Shown: positions 45,939 through 54,156 of the stretch, one piece after another | Layout of the letters: each line of letters begins with the position of its first letter | How positions within the stretch are numbered: position 1 is the first letter of the stretch | Assembly (NCBI GenBank): GCA_937896905.1 | Contig: CALBOE010000009.1 | Span: 43,122-107,121, forward strand | Direction: 5' to 3' | Length of the DNA stretch: 64,000 nt | From: an uncultured Clostridia bacterium | GTDB taxonomy: Bacteria > Bacillota > Clostridia > Christensenellales > UBA1242 | Translations under genes and position numbers: made by a program | Notes under the pieces: generated by a model | Told to the model about the DNA's origin: nothing | The model's input: the letters and a program-made list of their open reading frames with translations, nothing else | Databases searched by the model: none

Positions 45939-46493
45939 TTAATTAACGCGAGTGTAATTTTTAATTTCAAAATCCGTTGTTTTGTTTTTATTTTTTTGCG
46001 CGTTCTTTTTGTTGAAAAAATTAAAAATTCCACCGCTGTTTTCAGTTTTGCTTGAACTGAAATTTTTAAAGATATTAATAAAGTTTCCAGCATTAAAATT
46101 TTCACCAAAAACACTATTTAATGCACCGCCTAAATCTGTAAAATTTGCGTCATTTTTTTGGTTGGAATTTGCATTCCCCAAAAGCCCAACCAAACTTAAA
46201 AGCCCGCCCGAATTTTTGCCAAGCAGCGAACTAAAAATTGGAAGAAAATTTTTAAAGTTAAAATTGAATCCACCCGAAGAATTGTTGCAGTTTTGCTTAG
46301 AGTGAAGATCTTCTTTTGGCGGACTTTTACCACAATTACATTGCACCTTTTTAAAGTTGTTATCTATGTAGTATTTTGGCAAACAATCGTAAGGCTCTTG
46401 AAACACAACCTTTTTTGTTTCTTTCTTTTTATTATGATTTATGTATGCATTGGGGTCGTAATACAGCACCGCAACCTCGGCCTTGTTTTCCAT
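45939..46493 (-). CDS. hypothetical Asn/Gly/Phe/Lys-rich low-complexity protein
   Basis: 184-aa ORF. Ordered N-terminal ~60 aa with a CNCG motif, then degenerate repeats (GGFNFNFKNF, NFNAGNFINIFKNF, GGIFNFFNKKN). No SD. Confidence 0.4.
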   Translation of the reverse strand: MENKAEVAVLYYDPNAYINHNKKKETKKVVFQEPYDCLPKYYIDNNFKKVQCNCGKSPPKEDLHSKQNCNNSSGGFNFNFKNFLPIFSSLLGKNSGGLLSLVGLLGNANSNQKNDANFTDLGGALNSVFGENFNAGNFINIFKNFSSSKTENSGGIFNFFNKKNAQKNKNKTTDFEIKNYTRVN

Positions 46494-46566
46494 ATTATTA
46501 TTTATGCAGTTGAAAAAAATTTGTCACGAATAAAAAAAATTTATCATATTAAAAATTGAGGTGAAT

Positions 46567-46869
46567 ATGCCCAGAGATTTTAAAGAATTTGTGAAGCAAA
46601 ACAAAACTTATAACAACAACACTGAAGATATTTTAAAGGATAATTCGGCAAAGACTAACAATTATCAACACATTATTGATAAATACAAAAATATGAACCA
46701 AAGCGAACTTATAAGTAACCTATTTAGCGAAGCCAGCAAACTTAAACAGCAAGGCAAGCTAGACAGCAATGCGCTAAACAATCTTTCAAACACACTTTCC
46801 CCGTTCCTTAACAGCGAACAACAAGAAATGTTGGGCACGCTAATTAAAATGATTAATGAACAAAAATAA
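46567..46869 (+). CDS. hypothetical small helical protein
   Basis: ATG at 46567 behind GAGGTG. 100 aa, polar and helical. Its last codons overlap the subtilase start by 14 nt. Confidence 0.45.
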   Translation: MPRDFKEFVKQNKTYNNNTEDILKDNSAKTNNYQHIIDKYKNMNQSELISNLFSEASKLKQQGKLDSNALNNLSNTLSPFLNSEQQEMLGTLIKMINEQK

Positions 46870-47956
46870 AATTTGCCCCTCTCTTTTGAGAGTTAAAACA
46901 TTAAATAAAAAACAAACCGAAAAAGTTTTTGTGTGCAGCGACAACTTTGACGAAACAAAAAAATTTTTAAGCTCCAATAACTACATCTACACACCTTACA
47001 GGTTTGCCGGCTGTTTCTGCGTGCAAGCAGATTTGGAAGATTTAAAAATTCTTTCCAACCAGCAAGACGTGCAATTTATTCACACAAATGCCAATGTTCA
47101 AGCATTAACTCACGAAAAAAATATAATTAATTTGAACACTCTAACCGAAAATAAATTTTTAGGCCAAGGGCAAACAATATGTTTTATAGACACAGGCCTG
47201 CATCCACATTTAGATTTCGTTTTTCCAAAATGTAGAATTGTTAAATTTGTGGATTTAATTAACAATAAATCCGTACCATATGACGACAACGGTCATGGGA
47301 CTTTTGTGGCTGGAGTTGCTTGCGGAAATGGAATATTTAATCCAAGCAAACGCGGCTTTGCCCCTTCGGCCAATATTGTGGCAATAAAAGCACTAAGCAA
47401 AAATGGAAATAGCGACAGCAACATAATTTTAGACGCCATGCAATGGGTGTTTGAAAACCATAAAGTTTATAACATTAAAATTGTTTGCATGAGTTTTGGT
47501 GCAGAAGTGATTAACGGAAGTGATCCGCTTTCTCGCGGCGCAGAGTCGTTATGGAAGCGAGGAATTACCGTTGTTTCTGCAGCAGGCAACAGCGGACCGG
47601 AAAAACAAACAATTAAATCGCCAGGAAACAATCCTCACATTATAACCGTTGGAGCGTTAGACGAAACCACAATGAACCCGGCCGAATTTAGTAGCCGTGG
47701 GCCAACAATCTACGGTCACAAGCCCGATTTGCTTGCACCGGCAGTTAACATAACCTCGTGCAATAATTTAACTCTTCCCTACACAAAAATGAGCGGAACA
47801 AGCGTAGCAACCCCAATTGTTGCTGGCATTTGCGCCATAATTTTAAGCCGAAACCCCAAAATGACAAACAAACAAATTAAACAGTTTTTGCTTTCCCACT
47901 GCAAACGCATAACTGGCGACGTTGACTGTGAAGGTGCAGGATATCTTTGTTTTTAG
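46856..47956 (+). CDS. S8 (subtilisin-like) serine peptidase with I9-type propeptide, no signal peptide
   Basis: Catalytic Asp (CFIDTGL), His (HGTFVAG) and Ser (SGTSVATP). N-terminal FAGCFCVQADLEDLKILSNQQDVQFIHTNANVQAL resembles inhibitor-I9 prodomains. Confidence 0.85.
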   Translation: MNKNKICPSLLRVKTLNKKQTEKVFVCSDNFDETKKFLSSNNYIYTPYRFAGCFCVQADLEDLKILSNQQDVQFIHTNANVQALTHEKNIINLNTLTENKFLGQGQTICFIDTGLHPHLDFVFPKCRIVKFVDLINNKSVPYDDNGHGTFVAGVACGNGIFNPSKRGFAPSANIVAIKALSKNGNSDSNIILDAMQWVFENHKVYNIKIVCMSFGAEVINGSDPLSRGAESLWKRGITVVSAAGNSGPEKQTIKSPGNNPHIITVGALDETTMNPAEFSSRGPTIYGHKPDLLAPAVNITSCNNLTLPYTKMSGTSVATPIVAGICAIILSRNPKMTNKQIKQFLLSHCKRITGDVDCEGAGYLCF

Positions 47957-48021
47957 AAAAATTGTTTTGCAATTCAACAATAACATTTGTTAGTTTATAA
48001 ATTTTGTGATATTATGCTGTT

Positions 48022-48642
48022 ATGATTGAAATTAAAAACTTAACAGTTAACTATATTGAAGAATTTGCGTCTGTTTACAATTTAAGCATTGAAATAAAAT
48101 CTAACACCCTTTTTGTGTGCGACAAGTTAGATGGAGGTTTTGCAATTTTAAGAACCCTTGCCAAAATTGACAAAGCTTATAAGGGTGAAATCTTGCTTGA
48201 TGGGGTTAATTTAAAGCATATTAAAGATAAGTTTTTGCCCATTGCTTTTGTGCCTAAAAAACCATATTTATTTAAATCCAACATAGATAAAAATTTATTA
48301 TTTCCATTAAAAATTAGAAAAATTAATAAAAAAACCTCACAAAATGCGGTAAATTTATTAAAAAATGAATATAATTTAAATAATTTTCCTAAAAAAATTA
48401 AAAATTTAAATTTTGGCGAGCAGAAAATTATATGTCTTGCACGTGCAATAATTCGCAAGCCACAATATATTTTAGTAGAAAATTTTTTTGAAAACTTAGA
48501 GCCAGAACATATTGCATTGGCTGAAAAAATGATTGCAGATGCCAGCACATTTGCAACCATAGTTGCAACCGAAAAAACAACTTGTTCGGCATACAAAAAC
48601 TTTAATGTTATTAAACTTGAAAACGGCAGCACTAAACAATAA
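48022..48642 (+). CDS. ABC-ATPase-fold protein with degenerate catalytic motifs
   Basis: Collinear with ABC NBDs (MIEIKNLTVNY..., GEILLDGVNL, LARAI). However, Walker A is CDKLDGGFA, the Q-loop is VPK, the signature is LNFGEQ, Walker B is ILVENF and the H-loop is TEK. Confidence 0.6.
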   Translation: MIEIKNLTVNYIEEFASVYNLSIEIKSNTLFVCDKLDGGFAILRTLAKIDKAYKGEILLDGVNLKHIKDKFLPIAFVPKKPYLFKSNIDKNLLFPLKIRKINKKTSQNAVNLLKNEYNLNNFPKKIKNLNFGEQKIICLARAIIRKPQYILVENFFENLEPEHIALAEKMIADASTFATIVATEKTTCSAYKNFNVIKLENGSTKQ

Positions 48643-48647
48643 AAATA

Positions 48648-48679
48648 AAAACCACCATTAAACTGGTGGTTTTGTTTTT
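48648..48679. terminator. bidirectional rho-independent terminator
   Basis: 10-bp stem AAAACCACCA/TGGTGGTTTT with loop TTAAAC. A-run upstream and T-run downstream. Lies between the convergent 48022 gene and clpC. Confidence 0.8.
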
Positions 48680-48723
48680 AGGAAGTATAAATTTTTATAT
48701 TAAAAGGGAATTAAATAGTCAGG

Positions 48724-51198
48724 CTATTTTGTTTGGTCTGTTTCTTGTTTGGTTAGGAAAATAAATTTATTGTCTTTATAATCCACAACTACTTTATCTC
48801 CGGCCTTTATATTGCCGGTTAACATTCTGTCCGCCAACTCGTCTTCAATTTTTCCTGTAATCAAGCGACGAAGTGGACGTGCACCAAAATCATCGTTTGT
48901 TCCATTTTTAACAAGGAAGTTGAGTGTTGCTGCTGTGAATTTAAGTTCCACATTGCTTTGTTTTAAATTTTTGTTAAGTTCTGCAAGCATCTTCTTTGCA
49001 ATTTCTTTTAAAACTGCCGCGGTTAATTTGTTGAACACCACAATATTATCTATTCTATTTATTAATTCTGGTTTAAAATATTTTTTAAGCTCGCTTAACA
49101 TTATTGAAGAATTGTCTTCGTTTGTGTTGTCGTTAAACCCTAAATCTACTCGAGTTTTATTAATTTTATCGCTACCAATGTTAGAAGTTAAAATTATTAT
49201 TGTGTTTTTAAAACTAACCACTTTCCCATGGCTATCCGTTAATCTGCCATCATCTAAAATTTGAAGCAACATATTAAACACTTCTGGGTGCGCTTTTTCA
49301 ATTTCGTCAAACAAAACAACACTATATGGCTTTCTTCTTACTTGCTCTGTTAATTGTCCGCCATCGTCAAACCCAACGTAACCTGGCGGGCTACCAATTA
49401 GTTTAGAAACACTGTGCGCTTCCATAAATTCGCTCATATCTAAACGGATTATTTTATTTTCGTCATCAAACAATGCCTCTGCAAGCGCTTTGCTTAGTTC
49501 TGTTTTTCCAACACCTGTTGAACCTAGGAACAAAAAACTGCCAATTGGACGTTTTGGATCTCTAATGCCTATGCGGCTTCTTCTAATGGCTTTAGCAACC
49601 TTTTCAACGGCTTCGTCTTGACCTTTAACCCTTTCCTTAATAATTTTTTCTAAGTTAAGCAGTTTTTCTGCCTCGCCCTCAGTTAATTTGGTTAATGGAA
49701 TGTTTGTCCATTTGCTAATAACTTCGGCAACTTCATGTTCGGTTATTATTGCCAAAGAATTTTCACCACTTGGAACAATTTTTGCCTTTTCTATTGCTTC
49801 CTTTATTTTTGCGGCTTGATCCCTTAAACGGCTTGCCTTTTCGAAATCTTCTTGATTAACGGCTTCTTCTTTTTCCGCTGACACCTTTTCTAGTTTAAGT
49901 TTTAACGCCTTAACTTCTGCTGGCTCGTAGTTAGATTTAACTTTTGCCCTGCTACTTGCTTCGTCAATTAGGTCTATTGCCTTATCTGGCAAACTGCGGT
50001 CTTGAATGTATCTATCTGAAAGCGTTGCTGCCGCTTCTATTGCTTTATCCGTTATTTTTACTTTGTGGAACGCTTCGTAACTATCTCTAATTCCTGTTAA
50101 AATTGCAATGGTTTGTTCCACCGTTGGTTGTTCTACTGTTATTGGTTGAAAACGGCGTTCTAACGCTTTATCTTTTTCGATATATTTTCTATATTCGTCT
50201 GTTGTTGTTGCACCAATCGTTTGCATTTCTCCACGTGCTAAATATGGTTTTAACATATCTGCAGGGTTTGTTTCGCCTTTGTCGCTGCCAACTTGTGCAA
50301 GTGTGTGAATTTCGTCTATAAACACAATAATGTTTTGATTAGATATTATTAATTCTATGGCATTTTTTAATTTTTCTTCCATACTACCGCGATATTTTGT
50401 GCCCGCCATAAGTCCGCCAATATCCAAACTGTATATGGTTTTATTTTTCAAAAACTGTGGCACGTTTCCAGCAACTATACGCCTTGCCAACCCCTCCACA
50501 ACTGCAGTTTTTCCAACACCTGCCTCACCAATTAAAACTGGATTATTTTTTGTTTTTCGGCAAAGAATTTCAATCATTCTTTCTATTTCTTCATCTCTTC
50601 CAATAATTGGGTCTATTTTCCCGTTTCTTGCTCGAAGGGTTAAATCGGCTCCCATATCCAATAATTCTTGCGGTAGTGCGCTTGTTTTGAGCTGTTCTTT
50701 GTTTACGCTTTTGTTGCCCATTCCTCCAACTTCCACAAATCCATTGTTTTCAAGGTTATTTTGAACAGTTTCCTTGTGAGCCATAGAAATTAAACTTATT
50801 GCTTTGTTTCGCATTTCAAAAACATTTAATTTTAGCGCACCTGCCAAAATGTTAATGGCAAAACTTTCTTCTTGGCTAAGTAACGCCACCAACAAATGTT
50901 CGCTTGAAACATAAGCCGAACGAGTGCGTTTTGCAACACTAGAGGCAATCATTAAAAGTTCTTTTGCTCTTGGCGTTAATTCAACCACATTGGAAGGAAT
51001 TTTACCAGAAACATTATCTAATATTTCTTTAACAACTTCACTTGTAACAGAGTACGCAAAAAGCAGGCGCTTGCTTTTGCAATCTACCTTTGTTAAAGCA
51101 TACAAAATGTGTTCTGTTCCAACCTCGTTACCATATCTTGCAGCAAATTGGCTGGCAACTTGCATGCATCTATTTGCCAAATCGGTTAAATTATACAT
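48724..51198 (-). CDS. clpC: ATP-dependent Clp protease ATP-binding subunit ClpC
   Basis: Clp N-repeat, two AAA+ modules (GEAGVGKTA, GSTGVGKTE) and a UVR-like middle segment (FEKASRLRDQ). Confidence 0.95.
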   Translation of the reverse strand: MYNLTDLANRCMQVASQFAARYGNEVGTEHILYALTKVDCKSKRLLFAYSVTSEVVKEILDNVSGKIPSNVVELTPRAKELLMIASSVAKRTRSAYVSSEHLLVALLSQEESFAINILAGALKLNVFEMRNKAISLISMAHKETVQNNLENNGFVEVGGMGNKSVNKEQLKTSALPQELLDMGADLTLRARNGKIDPIIGRDEEIERMIEILCRKTKNNPVLIGEAGVGKTAVVEGLARRIVAGNVPQFLKNKTIYSLDIGGLMAGTKYRGSMEEKLKNAIELIISNQNIIVFIDEIHTLAQVGSDKGETNPADMLKPYLARGEMQTIGATTTDEYRKYIEKDKALERRFQPITVEQPTVEQTIAILTGIRDSYEAFHKVKITDKAIEAAATLSDRYIQDRSLPDKAIDLIDEASSRAKVKSNYEPAEVKALKLKLEKVSAEKEEAVNQEDFEKASRLRDQAAKIKEAIEKAKIVPSGENSLAIITEHEVAEVISKWTNIPLTKLTEGEAEKLLNLEKIIKERVKGQDEAVEKVAKAIRRSRIGIRDPKRPIGSFLFLGSTGVGKTELSKALAEALFDDENKIIRLDMSEFMEAHSVSKLIGSPPGYVGFDDGGQLTEQVRRKPYSVVLFDEIEKAHPEVFNMLLQILDDGRLTDSHGKVVSFKNTIIILTSNIGSDKINKTRVDLGFNDNTNEDNSSIMLSELKKYFKPELINRIDNIVVFNKLTAAVLKEIAKKMLAELNKNLKQSNVELKFTAATLNFLVKNGTNDDFGARPLRRLITGKIEDELADRMLTGNIKAGDKVVVDYKDNKFIFLTKQETDQTK

Positions 51199-52111
51199 TG
51201 TTTTCTCCTTTTAAAATATTCCTTACTTTTCTTGCCAATTCTAAAGCGTCTGCTTTGCTAGATAATGCCATTTTGTTAAGTGCCAAAACCTGCAGTTCGT
51301 TAATTGCGCTTGGTGTTAAAGAGATGAAATCCAAATTATTCCCTAACCTTATCATAGATAGGTGCATTGATAGTTCTGTTAAATCTAACAAATGAGCGCT
51401 TTTTAAAATTGCCAAACTTCTAAAAACTTTATCCATAAATTGGTCTGAATTAGTGGCAGAAAGCATTTTTGCGCTTTCTATTTCCAATTCTTGTAATTTT
51501 ATTGCCATTTTTTCAAACTCTGCAATAATTTCACTTTCTGTTTTCCCAAGATTGCAGATTGTACTTAGGCAATATACATCGCCAGCGTAGTCGTGCAAGG
51601 CATAACCTAAATTTTTAACATTTTGCTTAACTTGTTCTATTTTGCCAATTGTTTTTATGGCAAAAAGGTTAATTAAACATTCTAGTTTCAGCCCGCAACC
51701 AACATTTTGCAAGTTGCTCATTAAAAAGCCATATTGATCTGAATATGCAGCGGTTAGTTTGCCATCTAATTCGTGCGCCAAACCTATGGCATTATTTATA
51801 ACTGATGAATTGAAGTTTACCGCACTTGATGTAATTGTTATATGTTCGCCAGCAAACAAATTAATTACTACATTTGCTTCTTTTTTTAGCATAATTTGGC
51901 CAGCTTGTTTTTCAATTAAATTATAATTTTTTAAATAGTTTAAAACACTCGTTTCAATTTCTTGCACATTCATTGTAGGTAAATTAAGGGCTTTCTTAAC
52001 TTTTTCCGCAATTTCAGTGCGTTTATTTTCTTCTAGTTTTGGTGAGAATTTATAATCTTTAACATTTCTAAACACGCTGGCTTTTGTTAACACAATATTA
52101 TTCATTTTCAC
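51191..52111 (-). CDS. mcsB: McsB-like protein (ATP:guanido phosphotransferase fold) with degenerate active-site motifs
   Basis: Position between mcsA and clpC, and collinearity with McsB. But NEEDH(I/L)RIQ reads NLFAGEHITI and SCPTNVGTGLRAS reads SNLQNVGCGLKLE. Confidence 0.7.
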   Translation of the reverse strand: MKMNNIVLTKASVFRNVKDYKFSPKLEENKRTEIAEKVKKALNLPTMNVQEIETSVLNYLKNYNLIEKQAGQIMLKKEANVVINLFAGEHITITSSAVNFNSSVINNAIGLAHELDGKLTAAYSDQYGFLMSNLQNVGCGLKLECLINLFAIKTIGKIEQVKQNVKNLGYALHDYAGDVYCLSTICNLGKTESEIIAEFEKMAIKLQELEIESAKMLSATNSDQFMDKVFRSLAILKSAHLLDLTELSMHLSMIRLGNNLDFISLTPSAINELQVLALNKMALSSKADALELARKVRNILKGENNV

Positions 52112-52595
52112 TCTCCAACTTTTGAATTTTTTTCTTTAATTTTCCGGCATCTTCATACCTTTCTTCTTTAATCGCTTGCGCCATTTCTACCCTTAATGCA
52201 GCAATTTTCTCTTGCTTGGTTACAGGTTTTTTTGCTTGTTTTTTAATGTAGTCGTTAAGTTTTTCTTGCTTATGGTTTTCGTTTGGGGCAATGCGTTTTA
52301 ATGTGCTATTAACTTCATTTTTAAATGCCTCGTAGCAGTTTGGGCAACCTAATTTTAAACTAGATTTAAACTGCCTTAATGTTGTTTTGCAAACCGGGCA
52401 AACAATGTCTGCCACTTTTTCAAAACTTAACAAGTCTGCAAATGGCGCAAAAAAGTCGTCGAACATAGTTGTTTCGGTTGAAAACACACCTTCTTTAATA
52501 GCGCAATCTCGGCACAAATTGGTGGTTTGGCTTACCCCATTAACAATTAATTTTGAATGATATACACTTGGTTTTCCGCATTTATCACAATTCAT
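52098..52595 (-). CDS. mcsA: McsA (zinc-finger/UVR-domain activator of McsB)
   Basis: CDKCGK...CRDC and CPVCKT...CPNC zinc fingers, plus the C-terminal UVR motif (AIKEERYEDAGKLKKKIQKLE). Confidence 0.8.
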   Translation of the reverse strand: MNCDKCGKPSVYHSKLIVNGVSQTTNLCRDCAIKEGVFSTETTMFDDFFAPFADLLSFEKVADIVCPVCKTTLRQFKSSLKLGCPNCYEAFKNEVNSTLKRIAPNENHKQEKLNDYIKKQAKKPVTKQEKIAALRVEMAQAIKEERYEDAGKLKKKIQKLESENE

Positions 52596-52606
52596 AAAAC
52601 TCTCCT

Positions 52607-53074
52607 TTAATTTTTTAGCTGCTCGCCTTTTAGTAGTTCAATTATAACACTTCTTAATATGTTCGCCCTTATTTTATTATCTATATTTATAGGGTTATTT
52701 AGTGCTTTAACACTTATTGTGCTTTTAATTAGTTGAACTTCTCTTTCATTTAAAATTTTTCTTTCGCCCATTTGCGTTAGCAATTGAACAGCTTGAGTAA
52801 CATTAAGTGGCAGGCTTGCAATGTTTAGTGCATTTTTTAGAAAGTTATTGTTATTGTCCTGCATACGAACAACTTTAATGTAGCCACTGCCCCCACGCTG
52901 ACTTTCCACCACAAACCCGCGATTTATGGTGAACCTTGTGTTAAGCACATAGTTTATTTGGCTTGGCACGCAAGAAAAGAATTTTGCAAGGTCGTTACGA
53001 GACAATTCAATAAAATCGTCCGCATCTAAACTAGACATTATAAATTCTTCAATAACATCGCTAACACTTTTCAC
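52607..53074 (-). CDS. ctsR: class III stress-gene repressor CtsR
   Basis: VPSQINYVLNTRFT...GFVVESQRGGSGYIKV. GTG start behind GGAGAAAA. Confidence 0.9.
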   Translation of the reverse strand: MKSVSDVIEEFIMSSLDADDFIELSRNDLAKFFSCVPSQINYVLNTRFTINRGFVVESQRGGSGYIKVVRMQDNNNNFLKNALNIASLPLNVTQAVQLLTQMGERKILNEREVQLIKSTISVKALNNPINIDNKIRANILRSVIIELLKGEQLKN

Positions 53075-53095
53075 AATTTTCTCCTTTTAAAAAGG

Positions 53096-53112
53096 TTTGA
53101 CTTTCTTTGACC
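53096..53112 (-). promoter_or_regulatory. CtsR operator
   Basis: Minus strand reads GGTCAAAGAAAGTCAAA, matching the (A/G)GTCAAA-N3-(A/G)GTCAAA direct repeat. Located about 10 nt downstream of the -10. Confidence 0.85.
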
Positions 53113-53122
53113 TTTCGATTTT

Positions 53123-53151
53123 ATATTATCATTATTATTCCCCATTGTCAA
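53123..53151 (-). promoter_or_regulatory. sigma-A promoter of the ctsR-mcsA-mcsB-clpC operon
   Basis: Minus strand reads TTGACA (53151-53146), 17 nt, TAATAT (53128-53123). Confidence 0.65.
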
Positions 53152-53240
53152 CTAAAAATGCCGGATAATTTAAAAATTTTTAGCAATCTTTTGCATTGAG
53201 TGCTAAATTGTTGATAAAAGAAAAAGTGGATTTCTCCACT

Positions 53241-54095
53241 TTACGTTCTGTTTTCTGTTAAAATTTCTTCGTCTTCTTCCACATTTTCTGCCACAAACTC
53301 TGGTTCTGCTTCTAATTCTTCTGGCTGAACAACCTGATGCGATAACTTAGGTGTTGGCTTTGATTTTTTTAATTTGGCTGTTAAAGCGTACACACCATAC
53401 GCCGTTGGCCCAATTAACATGTGCGCAACAACAATTGTGAAGGAATACAAATTATGTGAAAATTTATATATACTTTTTAGTGCTGGAATTGGAATTCCAG
53501 ATGGATTGCTAATAAACATTAAGTTAGAGCCAGTGTTTATATTTACAAGCCAAGCTATTAACATAAATATTGCACAAAACAAAATGTAGTTAAGCACAGT
53601 TTTCCAATTTATTGTAATAGATTTTGAAACGTACACCATAATTCCGCAATATATCATAATTGAATGGAAAATCATACTATACAAACATTGAAAATGAAAT
53701 ATTGGATACATTCTAAACGAGGTTGTTGGGAATATAACAAAAACTGCACCTGCTAATATTGCCGCACACGCAATATACGACAACCCAAAACCTTTTAACG
53801 TTTTGCCATTAAAACAGCAAAACCACAAAGAATAAATGAAAAGTGAACAAAAGTAAAGCGGAAGCCAACTATCTAAACCTGTATTGCCATTAATTAAATT
53901 CCAACTAATTTTAAATGCTTCCATAGAGGTTAACATAACCGCAAAAATTTTAAGCAGTTTAAAGTATGTTGCAGATTTCATTTTTCTTGTTAAAATAACG
54001 GCAGTTATTATTAATGCAAAACATATCACAACACTAATTATGTGCGTTGTGCTAAACATTCCAACTGGTTGATAAGTTCCATATTTCGCAAACAT
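53241..54095 (-). CDS. polytopic membrane protein (YwaF/TIGR02206-like) with acidic C-terminal tail
   Basis: About 7-8 TM helices. N-terminal F-x-x-x-H pattern (MFSTTHIISV). Family assignment is from memory only. Confidence 0.4.
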   Translation of the reverse strand: MFAKYGTYQPVGMFSTTHIISVVICFALIITAVILTRKMKSATYFKLLKIFAVMLTSMEAFKISWNLINGNTGLDSWLPLYFCSLFIYSLWFCCFNGKTLKGFGLSYIACAAILAGAVFVIFPTTSFRMYPIFHFQCLYSMIFHSIMIYCGIMVYVSKSITINWKTVLNYILFCAIFMLIAWLVNINTGSNLMFISNPSGIPIPALKSIYKFSHNLYSFTIVVAHMLIGPTAYGVYALTAKLKKSKPTPKLSHQVVQPEELEAEPEFVAENVEEDEEILTENRT

Positions 54096-54156
54096 ATACT
54101 ATTATTTTATCATAAACCTTTTTATTTTACAATCACTTTTTAAATTTTTTTGTAAA

